Below are positions 1-13,119 of a stretch of DNA of 64,000 nt, piece by piece. The first letter of the stretch is position 1, and each line of letters opens with the position of its first letter. A model generated the notes under the pieces. The model searched no databases. It was not told the DNA's origin and saw nothing but the letters and a program-made list of their open reading frames with translations. Both the position numbers and the translations under genes were made by a program. Origin of the DNA: Mustelus asterias (Eukaryota). Where the stretch lies: the NCBI RefSeq assembly GCF_964213995.1, contig NW_027590135.1, forward strand, positions 372,001 through 436,000, written 5' to 3'.

Positions 1-493
1 GATAGGAAGGATGTGGAAAAGATTGAAAGGGTGCAGAGGAGATTTACAAGGATGTTGCCTGGATTGAGTGGCATGCCTTATGAGGATAGGCTGAGGGAGC
101 TCGGTCTTTTCTCCTTGGAGAGACAAAGGATGAGAAGAGACCTAATAGAGGTGTATAAGATGTTGAGAGCCATAGATCGGGTGGACACTCAGAGGCTTTT
201 TCCCAGGGTGGAAATGTCTGCTATGAGAGGACACAGGTTTCGGGTGCTGGGGGTAGGTACAGGGGAGATGTTAGGGGTACGTTTTTCACACAGAGGGTGG
301 TGGGCGAGTGGAATCGGTTGCCGTCAGTGGTGGTGGAGGCGAACTCAATAGGGTCTTTTAAGAGACTCCTGGATGAGTACATGTAGCGTAATAGGATGGA
401 AGGTTATAGGTAGGTCTAGAAGGTAGGGATGTGTTCGGCACAACGTGTGGGCCGAAGGGCCTGTTTGTGCAGTAGTTTTTCAATGTTTCTATG
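1..493 (+). mobile_element. CR1-clade LINE 3' fragment (end of ORF2 plus 3' tail)
   Basis: ORF 13..351 gives ERVQRRFTRMLPGL...LFSLERQRMRRDLIEVYK; tail GGGCCGAAGGGCCTG...TTCTATG. Confidence 0.85.
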
Positions 494-914
494 GATTGTG
501 TCCTTGTCACCTCAAGGACATCTCCACTCTCCAACACTACAATGACGTCCCTGGTCAGTATTGTCATCCCACCTCTCCTTTTCTCTTATCTATCTCTTTC
601 TGAACACAATTCTTGAATATTCAGCACCCTGTCCTCACTCTTTTTAAGCCACATTTCTGTCAATGCCTCTGCATCAGATTCCCACATTTCTCTTGGTCCT
701 TCAAGCTCATCAACCTTATTTATCACACTTTTTGTGTTTACATACATAGGAAACCTGTTTTGACATTCTTCATAGTACTTGTTAGTCTCCTTCTATCCAA
801 CATGGTATTACTTCCTTCTCCTGTATTATCCATCACTCTCCCTCCTTTCTGCCCTTCTTCCTTTCTGCTACTTTTATATGTATCACAACCTCTATCCTAT
901 CACCCTCCTCTTTC

Positions 915-1800
915 AGGATGTCCTGCAGCGATTCAGTGACATCCCTGACACTGGCCAGGGAGATAACACACCATCCTGAAGTCAGATCCTTGGCTACAGA
1001 AATGCCTGTCTGCACTACTGACTGATGAATCCCCTATCACTATTGCTCTTCCTGTCTTCTTCCTCCCCACCTGTACAAGCAAGATGCTTGTGGTGCCAGA
1101 ATCTTGGCTCTGACTGCACTCCTCTGGGGTGCCGACCAGCACCCTCATCTGCATCCAAAATGGAAAACATGTTAGTGACTAGGATCCCAGGGGACTCCTG
1201 CAATACCTGTTTGGGTGGCAGGGTGACAAAGTGGTTCGCATTGCTGCCTCACAGCATGAGGGACCCGGCTTCAATTCCGGCCTTGGGTGGCTGTTTGTGT
1301 GGAGCTTGCACATTCTCCCCGTTTGTACGTGGGTTTCCTCCCACAGTCCAAAAATGTGCAGGTTAGGTGGATTGACCATGCTAAATTGCCCCTTAGTGCC
1401 CCAAGATGTGTAGGTTAGAGAGATTGGCAGCGTAAATACCTGGGGTTATGGGGATAGGGGCTGGGTAGGATGGTTGTTGGTGCAGGCTCGATGGGCTGAA
1501 TGGCCCCCTTCTGCACTGGAGGGATTCTATGATTCTATTCCATGATTCCACATGCCTGTTCTTCCTGGACTGCTCAGTGGTCACCCATTTCCTTCTTTCC
1601 TCTAGTACCTTGAGCTGTGCTGTGACCATCTCTCTAAATGTGCTGTCGACATAACTCTCAGCCTCTCAAATGCATCACAGTCTCTCCAGCTGCTCCTCAA
1701 GGTCCGAAACCTGGAGCTCCAGTTTCTGCAGCTGGGAACACTTCCTGCACATGTGGTCATTCAAGACAATGGCAGCATCCAAGACTCCCCACATGAGACA
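915..1800 (-). mobile_element. Degenerate CR1 ORF1 (esterase) fragment interrupted by a SINE
   Basis: Minus-strand RAIVIGDS and RMVCYLPG motifs match the ORF1 copies at 18350 and 62967. Confidence 0.65.
1213..1545 (+). mobile_element. tRNA-derived SINE (HE1-like)
   Basis: Degenerate A/B-box head, TGTGTGGAGCTTGCACATTCTCCCC core, CR1-like tail with GATTCTAT repeats; CCTGTT on both sides. Confidence 0.8.
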
Positions 1801-1876
1801 AACCACACATTCCACTCAGCTGTCTTCACCTGACGTGTCTTCAATGTAAAATTTACACCTTATACTAGAACAAATC

Positions 1877-2474
1877 AGATGTCGTGATGCCGGCATTGGA
1901 CTGGGGTGGGCACGGTAAGAAGTCTCACAACACCAGGTTCAAGTCGAACAGGTTTATTTGGTAGCACGAGCTTTCGGAGCACTTCTCCTTCCTCAGGTGA
2001 GTGGAGAATTGGGTTCACAAACAGGGCATAGATAGACATGTTTCTATATATGCCCTGTTTGTGAATCCAACTCTCCACTCACCTGAGGAAGGAGTGTTTC
2101 TTCAGAAGGAACTCTTCAAAATGCAGCGAGTGAAAATACAACAAAACTTACTCCATCTTATAAACCAAAGAACGGGTTTAATAAAGAAACATCATTACTC
2201 CAAACTTGGGGCCCCACCCTGGGCCACTCCAAGCTCCCCACAATTTCACACAGATTCTTATTTATAGTGTATCAGCTCATCAGCTGACTATTACATCACT
2301 CTGATTGGTTCCATGCTTTGTTGGGTCAGCTGACCCTTACATCTTGTTCCCATTGGTCACATTACATCCAATCAAAGTTGTCCCCTGTTACACTCTAACA
2401 AGGAGCAGCGCTCTGAAAGCTCATGCCACCAAAAAAACCAGATGGACTTTAACCCAGTATTGTGAGACTTCTTG
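1877..2474. mobile_element. Penelope-like fold-back (inverted) terminal fragment, split by a solo LTR
   Basis: Inverted arms centred near 2040; CTAGAACAAAT duplicated on both flanks (~1865 and ~2475); same family as 56647-56939. Confidence 0.75.
2095..2400 (-). mobile_element. Solo LTR (306 bp)
   Basis: TGTT...AACA termini, 5-bp TSD AGGAG (2090-2094 and 2401-2405); minus strand has CCAAT boxes, TATAAATA (~2261) and ATTAAA (~2177) in U3-R order. Confidence 0.7.
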
Positions 2475-3139
2475 CTAGAACAAATAAAGATAATATATAA
2501 TAATTTTCCCAATAAATAACGTGCTTCGTTTAGCTTCAGCTAAATATGTAGATGTGCTTGAAACAGTTCAGAGAAGGTTTACGGGATTAATACCAGGAAG
2601 GAGCGGGTTGTCTCATGAGGAAATGTTGGAGGGGATAAATTTGCATGCGAGAGGTTAGAAGAGTAAGTGTCGACTTGATTGAAACTTTACAGATCTGAGT
2701 GGTCTTGACAGGATGGATGTGGAGAGCATATTTCCTCTTGTGGGAGAATCTAGAATGAGGGGTCACTGTTTAAAAATAAAGGGTCATCCATTTAAGGCAC
2801 AGATGAGGCGAGATTATTTTCTCTCAGAGGGTTGTGTGTCGATGGAACTCCCTTCCTCAAAAGGCAAAGCAAGCAAAGTCTTTCAATATTTTGATTGCAG
2901 AGGTGGATAGAAAATCATAGAATACCTACAGTGTCGACGAAGGCCATTTGGCCCCTCGGGTTTGCACCGATTTTCCAACAGCGCATCTTTCTGAGGCCCA
3001 CTCCTTGCTGCATCCCTGTAACCCCATGCATTTACCCTGCTAATCCCCCTAACCTACACATCTTGGGACACAAAGAAGCAAGTTAGCATGGTCAATCCAC
3101 CTAACCTGCACATCTTTGGAATGTGTGAGGAAACTGGAG

Positions 3140-4135
3140 CGTAGAAACATAGAAATCAGAAGGAGGAGTAGGCCATTCAGCCCATCGAGCCTGCTCCACA
3201 ATTCATTCTGATAATTGAATTCAATATCCTGATCCCCACTCTCCCCCCATCCCCCCCCCCCCCCCCCGCCCTATCCCTTGATCCCTTTGAACCCAAGAGC
3301 TATATCTAATTTCTTCTTGAAACCAGACAACGCTTTGGCCTCAACTACATTCTGTGGTCGTGAATTCTGCACATTCACCACCCTCTGGGTGAGGAAATTT
3401 CTCCTCACCTAAGTTCTAAAAGCTTCACCCCTTATCCTCAACCAAGACCCCTAGTTCTGGACTCCCCCACCATTTGGAACATTCTTTCCAGCCAACTTAG
3501 TCTCTCTGAATCCTAAGCGATTAAGTCTCTCATCATATGACAGATCTGCCAGTCCATGAATCAGCCAAGTAAACCTCAATTGTACTCTCTCTATAGCAAG
3601 GACATCCTTCCTCAGATAAGGACACCAAAAGTGCACACAATACTCCAGGTGTGGCCTCACCAACGCCCTACACAATTGCAGCAAAACATCCCTATCTCTG
3701 TACTCAAATCCTCTCGCTATTAAGGCCAACATACCATTTGTCATCTTTACTGCCTGCTGTACCTGCGCTCTTACTTTCAGCAACTGATGCATGAGGACTC
3801 CAAGCTCTCATTGAATATCCACCTCTCTCAATTTACAACCATTCATGTATAATAATCTTTTTTCCGATTCCTTCTACCAAAGTGGATAACCTCACATTTA
3901 TCCACATTATAGTGCATCTGACATGCGATGCCCATGCACTCAGCTTGTCCAAATCACACTGAAGTAACTCTGCATCCTCCTCACAGCTTACCCTCCCACC
4001 CAACTTCGTATCATCTGCAAATTTGGAGACAATACATTCAGTTCCCTCTTCGAAATTATTAATATATAATGTGAACAGTTGGGGTCCGAGCACTGATCCC
4101 TGCAGAACCCCACTCGTCACTGACTGCCACTCAGA
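3140..4135 (-). mobile_element. Degenerate CR1 RT and 3' fragment
   Basis: SGVLQGSVLGP, SKFADDTKLGG and RPHLEYC in minus-strand ORFs. Confidence 0.8.
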
Positions 4136-5357
4136 AAAAGCACCCAAAGGAACAAATGTTGACACAGGGAGAATGTGCAAATTCCAGACAGTCACCCAAG
4201 GTTGGAATTGAACCCGGCTCCCTGGTTCTATGAGGAAGCAAGGAGGTGAAAGATTATCGGGGATAGGTAAGGATGTGGGTTTGAAGTTACAGTCAGACCA
4301 GTCATGATCATATTGAATGGTGGAGCAGGCGCAAGGGGCCAAGTGGCCTACACCTGCTCCTAATTCATGCATTCATCTGTCTGGGAATTTTTGAAATATG
4401 TTCAAGAGAATTTCTTGGACCAGAGTATTCTCAAGAAACTCTGAACAAAGCATTGCTGGATCTGGTGCTGGGGAATGGGGTGCGCCAAGGTTGGCCACAT
4501 GAATCAAGTGTCTGTGTTTTTATCCAGTGATCATTGTATCACAAGCTTGACATTAGCAAGGAACAATCTCAAGTAGACATTCTAAATTGGAAGAGGACTA
4601 ACTTCAATGCTTCAGTGCTTCTTAGTCTGCTCCTTCTCCAGTATTATCCATCACTCTCCCTCCTTTCTGCCCTTATTCCTTTCTGCTACTTCTATGTGCT
4701 GATGTCAAACCCGCTGCCAATTTAGTCAAAACCCTCACCAACCAGACGACTGAACCATAAACCAACAGCAATATTGTGCTTGGGGCCTGTGCTTGCAGAG
4801 CACAATGGAACAGAACTTCAGCAAGTGAACCTCTTGGCCATCTCTGCTGGGTGTGTGAGTGACACTTACTCTGTGTGAGGAGCTGGCTGCAATTCTCCTT
4901 GTGTGAAAGAATCTCTCTACTTATTCTGCTGGTTTCAACTCTTTGCCTGTCAGCAGGAAAAATGTTGATTAAATTTAAGGGGATAGGTAGAAAATACGCT
5001 ATACATTGAGTATTTTATCAATTGCTTATCAAGCACAAAGGAAGAACAGTCAAACAGAGTCAGTGTGTGATTCCACTGCCGTTCTGCAGCACATGCACTT
5101 AAATACAGGTACAGAGACTGACAGATACAGAATAAAATGAACACACTGATATTGTGGAGGAGAGGGATACAAACAAAAATAAAACTAATCCCACCAAGAA
5201 GAGAATTATTACTACATGCAGTCACATGCACCACCTTTGGACAGACACACAATGAGACCCAGATACAGAATGAATCATAAACTCAGATATGTTCTCATCC
5301 ATTCACAGATACAAATCCCACACTCACATGCTCTGTCAGTGAGTAAATCCCACACTA

Positions 5358-6600
5358 AGTTTTAAAGTTCTTTGAGGGGGGTAAAAGGAAGTTCGATAAA
5401 GGAGAACCAGTGGACGTGATTTATTTAGATTTCCAGAAGGCCTTCTGACATGGTGCTGAGTCGGAGACTGCGAAATAAGTTAAGACCCATGGTGTTAAGG
5501 GTAAGATCCAGGCATGGATAGAGGATTGGCTGACTGGCCGAAGGCAGAGAGTGGGGATAAAGAGGTCTGTTTCAGGATGGCAGCCGATGATGAGTGGTGT
5601 GCCTCAGGGATCAGTGCTGGGACCACAATTTTTCACCATATACATTAACAATTTGGAAGCAGGAAGTGAAAGCTCTGTTGCTAAGTTTGCAGATGATACA
5701 AATATATGGAGAAGGACAGGTAGTACTGAGGAAGCAGGGGGGTCTGCAGAAGGACTTGGACAGGATAGAAGAGTGGGCAAAAAAGTGGCAGATGGAATAC
5801 AATGTGGAAAAGTGTGAGGTTATGCACTTTGGAGGGAGGAATGGAGGCATAGACTATTTTCTAAATGGGGAAATGCTTAGGAAATCAGAAGCGCAAAGGG
5901 ACTTGGGAGTCCTTGTTCAAGATTCTCTTAAGGTTAACCGGCAGGGTCAGTTGGCAGTTCGGAAGGCAAATGCAACGTTAGCATTTCTGTCAAGAGGGAT
6001 ACAATACAAGAGCAGTGATATACTTCTGAGGCTGTACAAAGCTCCAGTCACACCCCATTTGCAGTATTATGAGCAGCTTTGGGTCCCGTATCTAGGGAAG
6101 GATGTGCTGGCCTTGGAAAGGGCCCAGAGGAGGTTCACAAGAATGATCCCTGGAATGAAAAGCTTGTCATATGAGGAACGGTTGCGGACTCTGGGTCTGT
6201 ACTCATTGAAGTTCACAAGGATGAGGGGGGACCTTATTTAAACTTATAGGATACTGTGAGGCCTGGATAGAGTGGACATGGAGAGGTTGTTTGCAACATC
6301 AGGAAAAACTAGAACCAGAGGGCACAACCTCAGGCTAAAGGGACGATCCTTTAAAACAGAGATGTGGAGTAATTTCTTCAGCCAGGGACTGGTGAATCTG
6401 TGGAACTCTTTGTCGCAGAAGGCTGTGGAGGCCAAGTCATTGAGTGTTTTTAAGACAGAGATAAATAGACTTGATTAATAAGGGGACCAGGGATTATGGG
6501 GAAAAGGCAGGAGAACGGGGAAGAGAAAAATATCAGTCATGATTGGCGGATAAGACTCGATGGGCCGAGTGGCCTAATTCTGCTCCGATAACTTATGGTC
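5358..6600 (+). mobile_element. 5'-truncated CR1 with frameshifts, inserted at the edge of the minisatellite
   Basis: ORFs 5551..5817, 5594..6241 and 6272..6478 are RT/C-terminal pieces (SGVPQGSVLGP, KFADDT); repeat units on both sides. Confidence 0.85.
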
Positions 6601-8840
6601 TCACACACTGTATCAGAGTGAGTAAATCCCACACTCACACACTGTGTCAGAGGGTGAGTAAATCCCACACACACTCACACACGGTATCAGAGAGTGAATA
6701 AATCCCACACACACACACTGTATCAGAGAGTGAGTAAATCCCACACACACACTGTATCAGAGAGTGAGTAAATCCCACACACAAACACTGTATCAGAGAG
6801 TGAGTAAATCCCACACTCACACAGTATCAGAGAGTGAGTAAATCCCACACTCACACACTGTATCAGAGAGTGAGTAAATCCACACTCACACACTGCATCA
6901 GAGTGAGTAAATCCCACACACACACTGCATCAGAGAGTGAGTAAATCTGACACTCACAAACTGTGTCAGAGAGTGAGTAAATCCCACACACAAACACTGT
7001 ATCAGAGAGTGAGTAAATCCCACACTCACACAGTATCAGAGAGTGAGTAAATCCCACACTCACACACTGTATCAGAGAGTGAGTAAATCCCACACTCACA
7101 CACTGTATCAGAGTGAGTAAATCCCACACACACACACTGTATCAGAGAGTGAGTAAATCCCACACACACACACTGTATCAGAGAGTGTGTAAATCCCACA
7201 CACAAACACTGTATCAGAGAGTGAGTAAATCCCACACTCACACAGTATCAGAGAGTGAGTAAATCCCACACTCACACACTGTATCAGAGAGTGAGTAAAT
7301 CCCACACTCTCACACTGTATCAGAGAGTGAGTAAATCCCACACTCACACACTGTGTCAGAGGGTGAGTAAATCCCACACACACTCACACACGGTATCAGA
7401 GAGTGAATAAATCCCACACACACACACTGTATCAGAGAGTGAGTAAATCCCACACACACACACTGTATCAGAGAGTGAATAAATCCCACACACACACACT
7501 GTATCAGAGAGTGAGTAAATCCCACACTCACACAGTATCAGAGAGTGAGTACATCCCACACTCACACACTGTATCAGAGAGTGAGTAAATCCCACACTCA
7601 CACACTGTATCAGAGAGTGAGTAAATCCCACACACACACACTGTATCAGAGAGTGAGTAAATCCCACACTCACACACTGCATCAGAGTGAGTAAATCCCA
7701 CGCACACACTGCATCAGAGAGTGAGTAAATCTCACACTCACAAACTGTGTCAGAGAGTGAGTAAATCCCACACTCACACACTGTATCAGAGAGTGAGTAA
7801 ATCCCACACTCACACACTGTATCAGAGAGTGAGTAAATCCCACACTCACACACTGTATCAGAGAGTGAGTAAATCCCACACTCTCACACTGTATCAGAGA
7901 GTGAGTAAATCCCACACTCACACACTGTATCAGAGAGTGAGTAAATCCCACACACTCACACTGTATCAGAGAGTGAGTAAATCCCACACTCACACACTGT
8001 ATCAGAGAGTGAGTAAATCCCACACTCACACACTGAATCAGAGAGTGAGTAAATCCCACACTCTCACACTGTATCAGAGAGTGAGTAAATCCCACACTCA
8101 CCCACTGTATCAGAGAGTGAGTAAATCCCACACTCACCCACTGTATCAGAGAGTGAGTAAATCCCACACTCACACACTGAATCAGAGAGTGAGTAAATCC
8201 CACACTCACACTGTATCAGAGAGTGAGTAAATCCCACACACACGCACTGTATCAGAGAGTGAGTAAATCCCACACTCACACACTGTATCAGAGAGTGAGT
8301 AAATCCCACACTCACACTGTATCAGAGAGTGAGTAAATCCCACACTCACACACTATCAGAGTGAGTAAATCCCACATTCACACACTGTATCAGAGATTGA
8401 GTAAGTCCCACACACACACTGCATCAGAGAGTGAGTAAATCCCACACTCACACACTGTATCAGAGAGTGAGTAAATCCCACACTCACACATTGTATCAGA
8501 GAGTGAGTAAATCCCACACTCACACACTGTATCAGAGAGTGAGTAAATCCTACACTCACACTGTATCAGAGAGTGAGTAAATCCCACACACACACTGCAT
8601 CAGAGAGTGAGTAAATCCCACACTCACGCACTGTATCAGAGAGTGAGTAAATCACACACTCCCACACTGTATCAGAGAGTGAGTAAATCCCACACTCACA
8701 CTGTATCAGAGAGTGAGTAAATCCCACACTCACACACTGTATCAGAGAGTGAGTAAATCCCACACACTGTATCAGAGAGTGAGTAAATCCCACATTCACA
8801 TACTGTATCAGAGAGTGAGTAAATCCCACACTCACACACA
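6601..8840. repeat. Minisatellite, ~32-36 bp unit CACACTGTATCAGAGAGTGAGTAAATCCCACACT (roughly 65 copies)
   Basis: Directly visible tandem array; explains all SVGFTHSLIQC-type ORFs. Confidence 0.97.
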
Positions 8841-9017
8841 TTACCAGAGATTCACAGTTCCGGAAGGAATCCCACACTCCCGCACAGTCCCTCTGTGGAG
8901 GAGGGTCCCTCACACCGACAGCCAGGCGACATTTCCCGGTGGATCTTTCCACACTGACAAACGGGCGCTGGACATTCTTTGTGAAATGTAATTCCTGATT
9001 GTGGTAAGGGGGCTTGT

Positions 9018-9170
9018 GATTGGCGGAAACTCCTCAATCTGATTGGTCTGTTTTCATATCCACTCAAATGAATCCCGGATAAGTGACTGTAATAACTTTC
9101 AAAATGTCCAATCACAATCATTGCTTTCCCAATTCCTCATTAGCATAGTTCTGTGGGACTGTCTATTTAA
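9018..9170 (+). promoter_or_regulatory. H2B promoter: CCAAT boxes, octamer variant, TATA
   Basis: ATTGG at ~9019 and ~9042, CCAAT 9108-9112, ATTAGCAT 9139-9146 (one mismatch to the H2B octamer ATTTGCAT), TATTTAA 9164-9170. Confidence 0.7.
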
Positions 9171-9215
9171 TCAGCGCTCGGAAGGGGTTTGCTTTATTTC
9201 TGTGTGAAATTGAAG

Positions 9216-9602
9216 ATGGCTGATGAGAAGAAACCAACATCGAAACCAGCTCCCAAGAAGGGGGCGAAGAAAGTGATTAAGAAACCGGGAACAAAGGGCG
9301 GCAAGAAGCGGCGAAAGTCGAGGAAGGAGAGTTACTCCATCTACATCTACAAAGTGATGAAGCAGGTTCACCCCGACACCGGCATCTCCTCCAAGGCCAT
9401 GAGCATCATGAACTCGTTCGTGAACGATATTTTCGAGCGCATCGCGGGTGAGGCTTCCCGCCTGGCCCATTACAACAAGCGCAGCACCATCAGCTCCCGG
9501 GAGATCCAGACCGCCGTGCGCCTGCTGCTGCCCGGGGAACTGGCCAAGCACGCCGTGTCGGAAGGGACAAAGGCGGTGACCAAGTACACCAGCTCCAAGT
9601 AA
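9216..9602 (+). CDS. H2B: Histone H2B (128 aa), replication-dependent
   Basis: [27 protein letters not shown]...AVTKYTSSK; ATG at 9216; intronless; stem-loop downstream. Confidence 0.98.
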   Translation: MADEKKPTSKPAPKKGAKKVIKKPGTKGGKKRRKSRKESYSIYIYKVMKQVHPDTGISSKAMSIMNSFVNDIFERIAGEASRLAHYNKRSTISSREIQTAVRLLLPGELAKHAVSEGTKAVTKYTSSK

Positions 9603-9638
9603 AACTCCCCATGGACTGAAAAACATCCCAAACACAAC

Positions 9639-9654
9639 GGCTCTTTTAAGAGCC
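9639..9654 (+). terminator. Histone 3' stem-loop (H2B)
   Basis: GGCTCTTTTAAGAGCC then ACCCA; U7-binding HDE-like AAAAAGCTG at ~9671. Confidence 0.95.
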
Positions 9655-10922
9655 ACCCACAATCTCTGTGAAAAAGCTGCGCCATCTTTTCCCTTATTGA
9701 GTGAATGAGAAATGTCTTTCTGGAGGATAGAGATTTGTCCCGGTGCAGAATGTTGTGAATGGGACTTCATACCCGCCCCTCACACACACTTTCACATTGA
9801 AGGGACAATCAAACTGAAATGAGAGCAGATTTTAAATCCCAGTCTGGGGATCGTCACGGACAATGGGGAGAAAGAGTATCAGGAGGTAATTATTTAAATT
9901 TAATTATAACTATATTCAGACTTTCACGACTCTGAATTAAATTGTTATTTTTTTCTCGGGTGATCTGGGAGCCGCTCCCGGAACAGAGTAAAGGCGGGAA
10001 TGAAGAGGTTCTTCTCGGGCTGATCTGTTTATTCCGCAGCTTTCCCAGAAGACGGAATCAGCCACACAGGACCTGAGTCCATTGCAGCGCTTTAAGATCT
10101 GCCTCCCCCCGGCGCTCCCTATTCTCCGGACACAAAGCTGCCTGTTCCACCGGCGAGATCGGGCCGGGGATTCTCTCCGCACTTCCCATTGTAACATTCC
10201 CGGCCGCTTTCAGGGGAGAGGATCAGAAATCAGCCGTTTCTCTCTGTCCCTGTGAAGTCTGTGTGAAGGAGTTGGTTGGTAATCTCTATGTTTCTGCTTT
10301 TCCACTGAGCTGAGATTTGCTCCGTTTTAAATTGCTGAACGGGGTCTGATTACCGCGGGTTACAGATAAGAGATTGAGAAATTCAAACTGTTCCTAAAAT
10401 AGCGCCAGGATTGTGTGAGGGAAAATACAATAAACAGATTATAAAGTGTGAGATTGAAATAGTTTCCTGAACATTCAGGCGTTCCGTTATTTTGTATTTT
10501 TCCTGCACTGAAATTGGCGGGTTTTTCCAGTTTGAAAATGTGAACCAATCAAAACCTCCCATTTCTTCTCCCTGGCTCTCCGATTGGTTAAGAATGTGAT
10601 TGAAATGTGAGTGACCAATCAGAGCTCGAGTCTGGCTGCAGCCTCACAAACCGCTCACAATGATTATTAATAGAGATTAAACTGACGGAATCTGGATTTG
10701 AGATATTGAATGTACTTTGTTTCCACAGACAAATATTTGACAGATCCAAAACAAACGTGATATTTCCTCCACACAAGTTGCAGGGAAATTGTCGCCAACT
10801 CCTTCTCACACACAGTCCGTACATTGTCACTGACAGCTCAGAGACACAGACAGCTGATCAATTCCACAGACCCAAACTGCAGGAGAGACAGATGTTGTGC
10901 CTATTTGATGGCCAATTCTCGT

Positions 10923-11005
10923 ACCAGGATGGCCGAGTGGTTAAGGCGTTGGACTTAAGATCCAATGGACATATGTCTGCGTGGGTTCGAACCCCACTCC
11001 TGGTA
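10923..11005 (+). tRNA. tRNA-Leu(TAA)
   Basis: ACCAGGATGGCCGAGTGGTTAAGGCGTTGGACTTAAGATCCAA...GGTTCGAACCCCACTCCTGGTA, 83 nt, long variable arm, T5 terminator just downstream. Confidence 0.95.
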
Positions 11006-12169
11006 AATGAATTTTTAACACTACAGTCTGCACCCTCTCCTTTCCTTCTCCCCTCTACTCTATGAACGGTATGCTTCGTCCGTTTTACACAAGAAGCAAT
11101 ACCTTTCACTGTATACCAATACATCAAAACAAACTCAGTGCCATTGATAGGGGAATCCATAAATCCCAGTCCAAATTCTCACCTAATATTGGATCATCAC
11201 TGTGTCAATCCCACAATAGAGCAGCCACAGCTCCAAATTCAATATCTGATCAAACTGACAAATGGTTTTCGGTTAAAAGTTACACAATGTACCTTAACAA
11301 TGTACACTGAGATTCGAGTTAAATACCACCCACATCAGGGGTTTAAAAGTGGCCCATAGTTTGTATCCTCACAAATACATTCGATACGAAGCCTCATCTC
11401 AAATACATTCTCAGATTGAGATATTCTGAGCTCGTATAACCTGAGATACAAATTCAGATTCCAGTTGAAAACTCACCCAGATTATGAAACTTAAAGTTAC
11501 AATATCAATTTGATTACTATGAAAGAACTATAGCTTATTAACTAATCCTAACTCCCCACTCACACTGAGCCAGATGGACAATACTATACGAATTCCAGAC
11601 TGAGTTTCCTTTTACATTCATGTCAAAATTCTTACTCAGAATCAGACTGAGTGTCACAGATCAAATCAATGTGAACAACCTGAGTGAAGCTTGCATAGCA
11701 ATCCAGTATCAGATTGAAGGATACATTATCTTTCACAATTGTGTTCAGTGTGACACAGATTTAATGTTGGGCCGAAATTCACACACATTGTTTGCTTCAA
11801 ACCTACCACATCAGTGGCCTGTTGCTTTGCTCGAAATTTATATGGAATGAATCCAAATTTATAAATAGATTGAAGATTACACGATGAATCCCATGCTCAC
11901 ACTGAGTCATAGAGTCTGACAGACACACGATAATTCTCAAACATGTGCTCAGTGTTAGATGAATGACTCATGCTGCACAGACAGCACCAGGGACTGAACG
12001 TTACATCTGATTATCACACTTACATAGCAGTATCCCAGACACTGAGTACCAGTGACAGATTCAGAATGATCCCACACTCACACACATTATGACAGTCTGA
12101 CCAATACACATGATTTGCACCCTTTAGAAACAGCAGCAGATATACTCAGATGCTGAATGAACCCCAAAT

Positions 12170-12945
12170 GTGAGTTCCAGTAGCTCATCTTGGAGGTAGT
12201 AAGTACTGCTGCCACTGTGTGTCAGTGGTCAAGGGCATGTGTGTTTACAGATGGGATGTCAATCATGAGGGATGCTTTGTCCGGGATGGTGTCAAACCTC
12301 TTGAGTGTTGCTGGTGCTGCATTAACCCAGGCAAGTGGAGATTAATCCATCATACTCCTGATTTGTGCCTGGTAGATGGTGAACAGTGTTTGGCAGTCAG
12401 GATCTTTGTGACTCACCATGGGATTCTGTGTCTCTGACCTGCCTTGTAGCCCTTGTATTACATCGCTAGTCCAGTTGAAGGTAATCACTAAGATATTGAT
12501 ATAATTTTATTTAATGTCAAGGGACAATGGTTAGATTCTGTCTTGCTGGAAATGGTCTTTGTCTGGTACATGTGTGGTGTGATTGTTATTTGCCACTTCT
12601 CAGCCCAAGCTTGGATACTGTCCAGTTCTTGCTGCATTTGGGAATGGGCTGCTTCAGTAACTGAAGAGTCCTGAATGGTGCTAAACATTGCACAGTCATC
12701 AACGAGCATCTCCAATTCTGACCTTATGGTGGAAGGGTCTGGGACAGTAACTTGACAAACTCGGGAAATGGTCTCCTGAGGATGAAATGACTGACCACCA
12801 CAACCATCTTACTTTATGCTGGATAAAGTTCCAACCAGTGGAGAGGTTTCCATGATTCCCATCGACTTTGCTTTTGCTGAGGATCCTTGATGCTGAACTC
12901 GGTCAAATCCTGTTTTGATGTCAAGGGCAGTCACTCTCATCTCAT
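12170..12945 (-). mobile_element. Old degenerate LINE RT fragment (CR1/L2 group)
   Basis: ORF 12488..12715 (DDC..FSTI...QQELDSIQAWAEKWQI) resembles RT downstream of the YADD motif. Confidence 0.55.
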
Positions 12946-13119
12946 CTCAGAGGATCGTTAGTCAGTGGAATTCCCTTCCCCAGACAACAGTTGAGACTGG
13001 ATCATTGAATATGTTCTAGGCTGAATTAGACAGATTATACAAGGGAGTGAATGGTTGCTGCAAAAGTTCGAAAAGTCGAATTGCAGCCACAATTATTTTA
13101 GTTATGATCTTTTTCCTTG

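Noticed and set aside
6723-8991. Cys/His-rich ORFs (CECGIYSLSDTV, SVGFTHSLIQC) resembling zinc fingers
   Set aside because: Translations of the 34-bp minisatellite; no C2H2 spacing or linker.
9171-9770. Long antisense or alternative-frame ORFs over histone genes (also 34387-34839, 35679-36047, 41539-41940)
   Set aside because: Shadow ORFs from histone codon bias.
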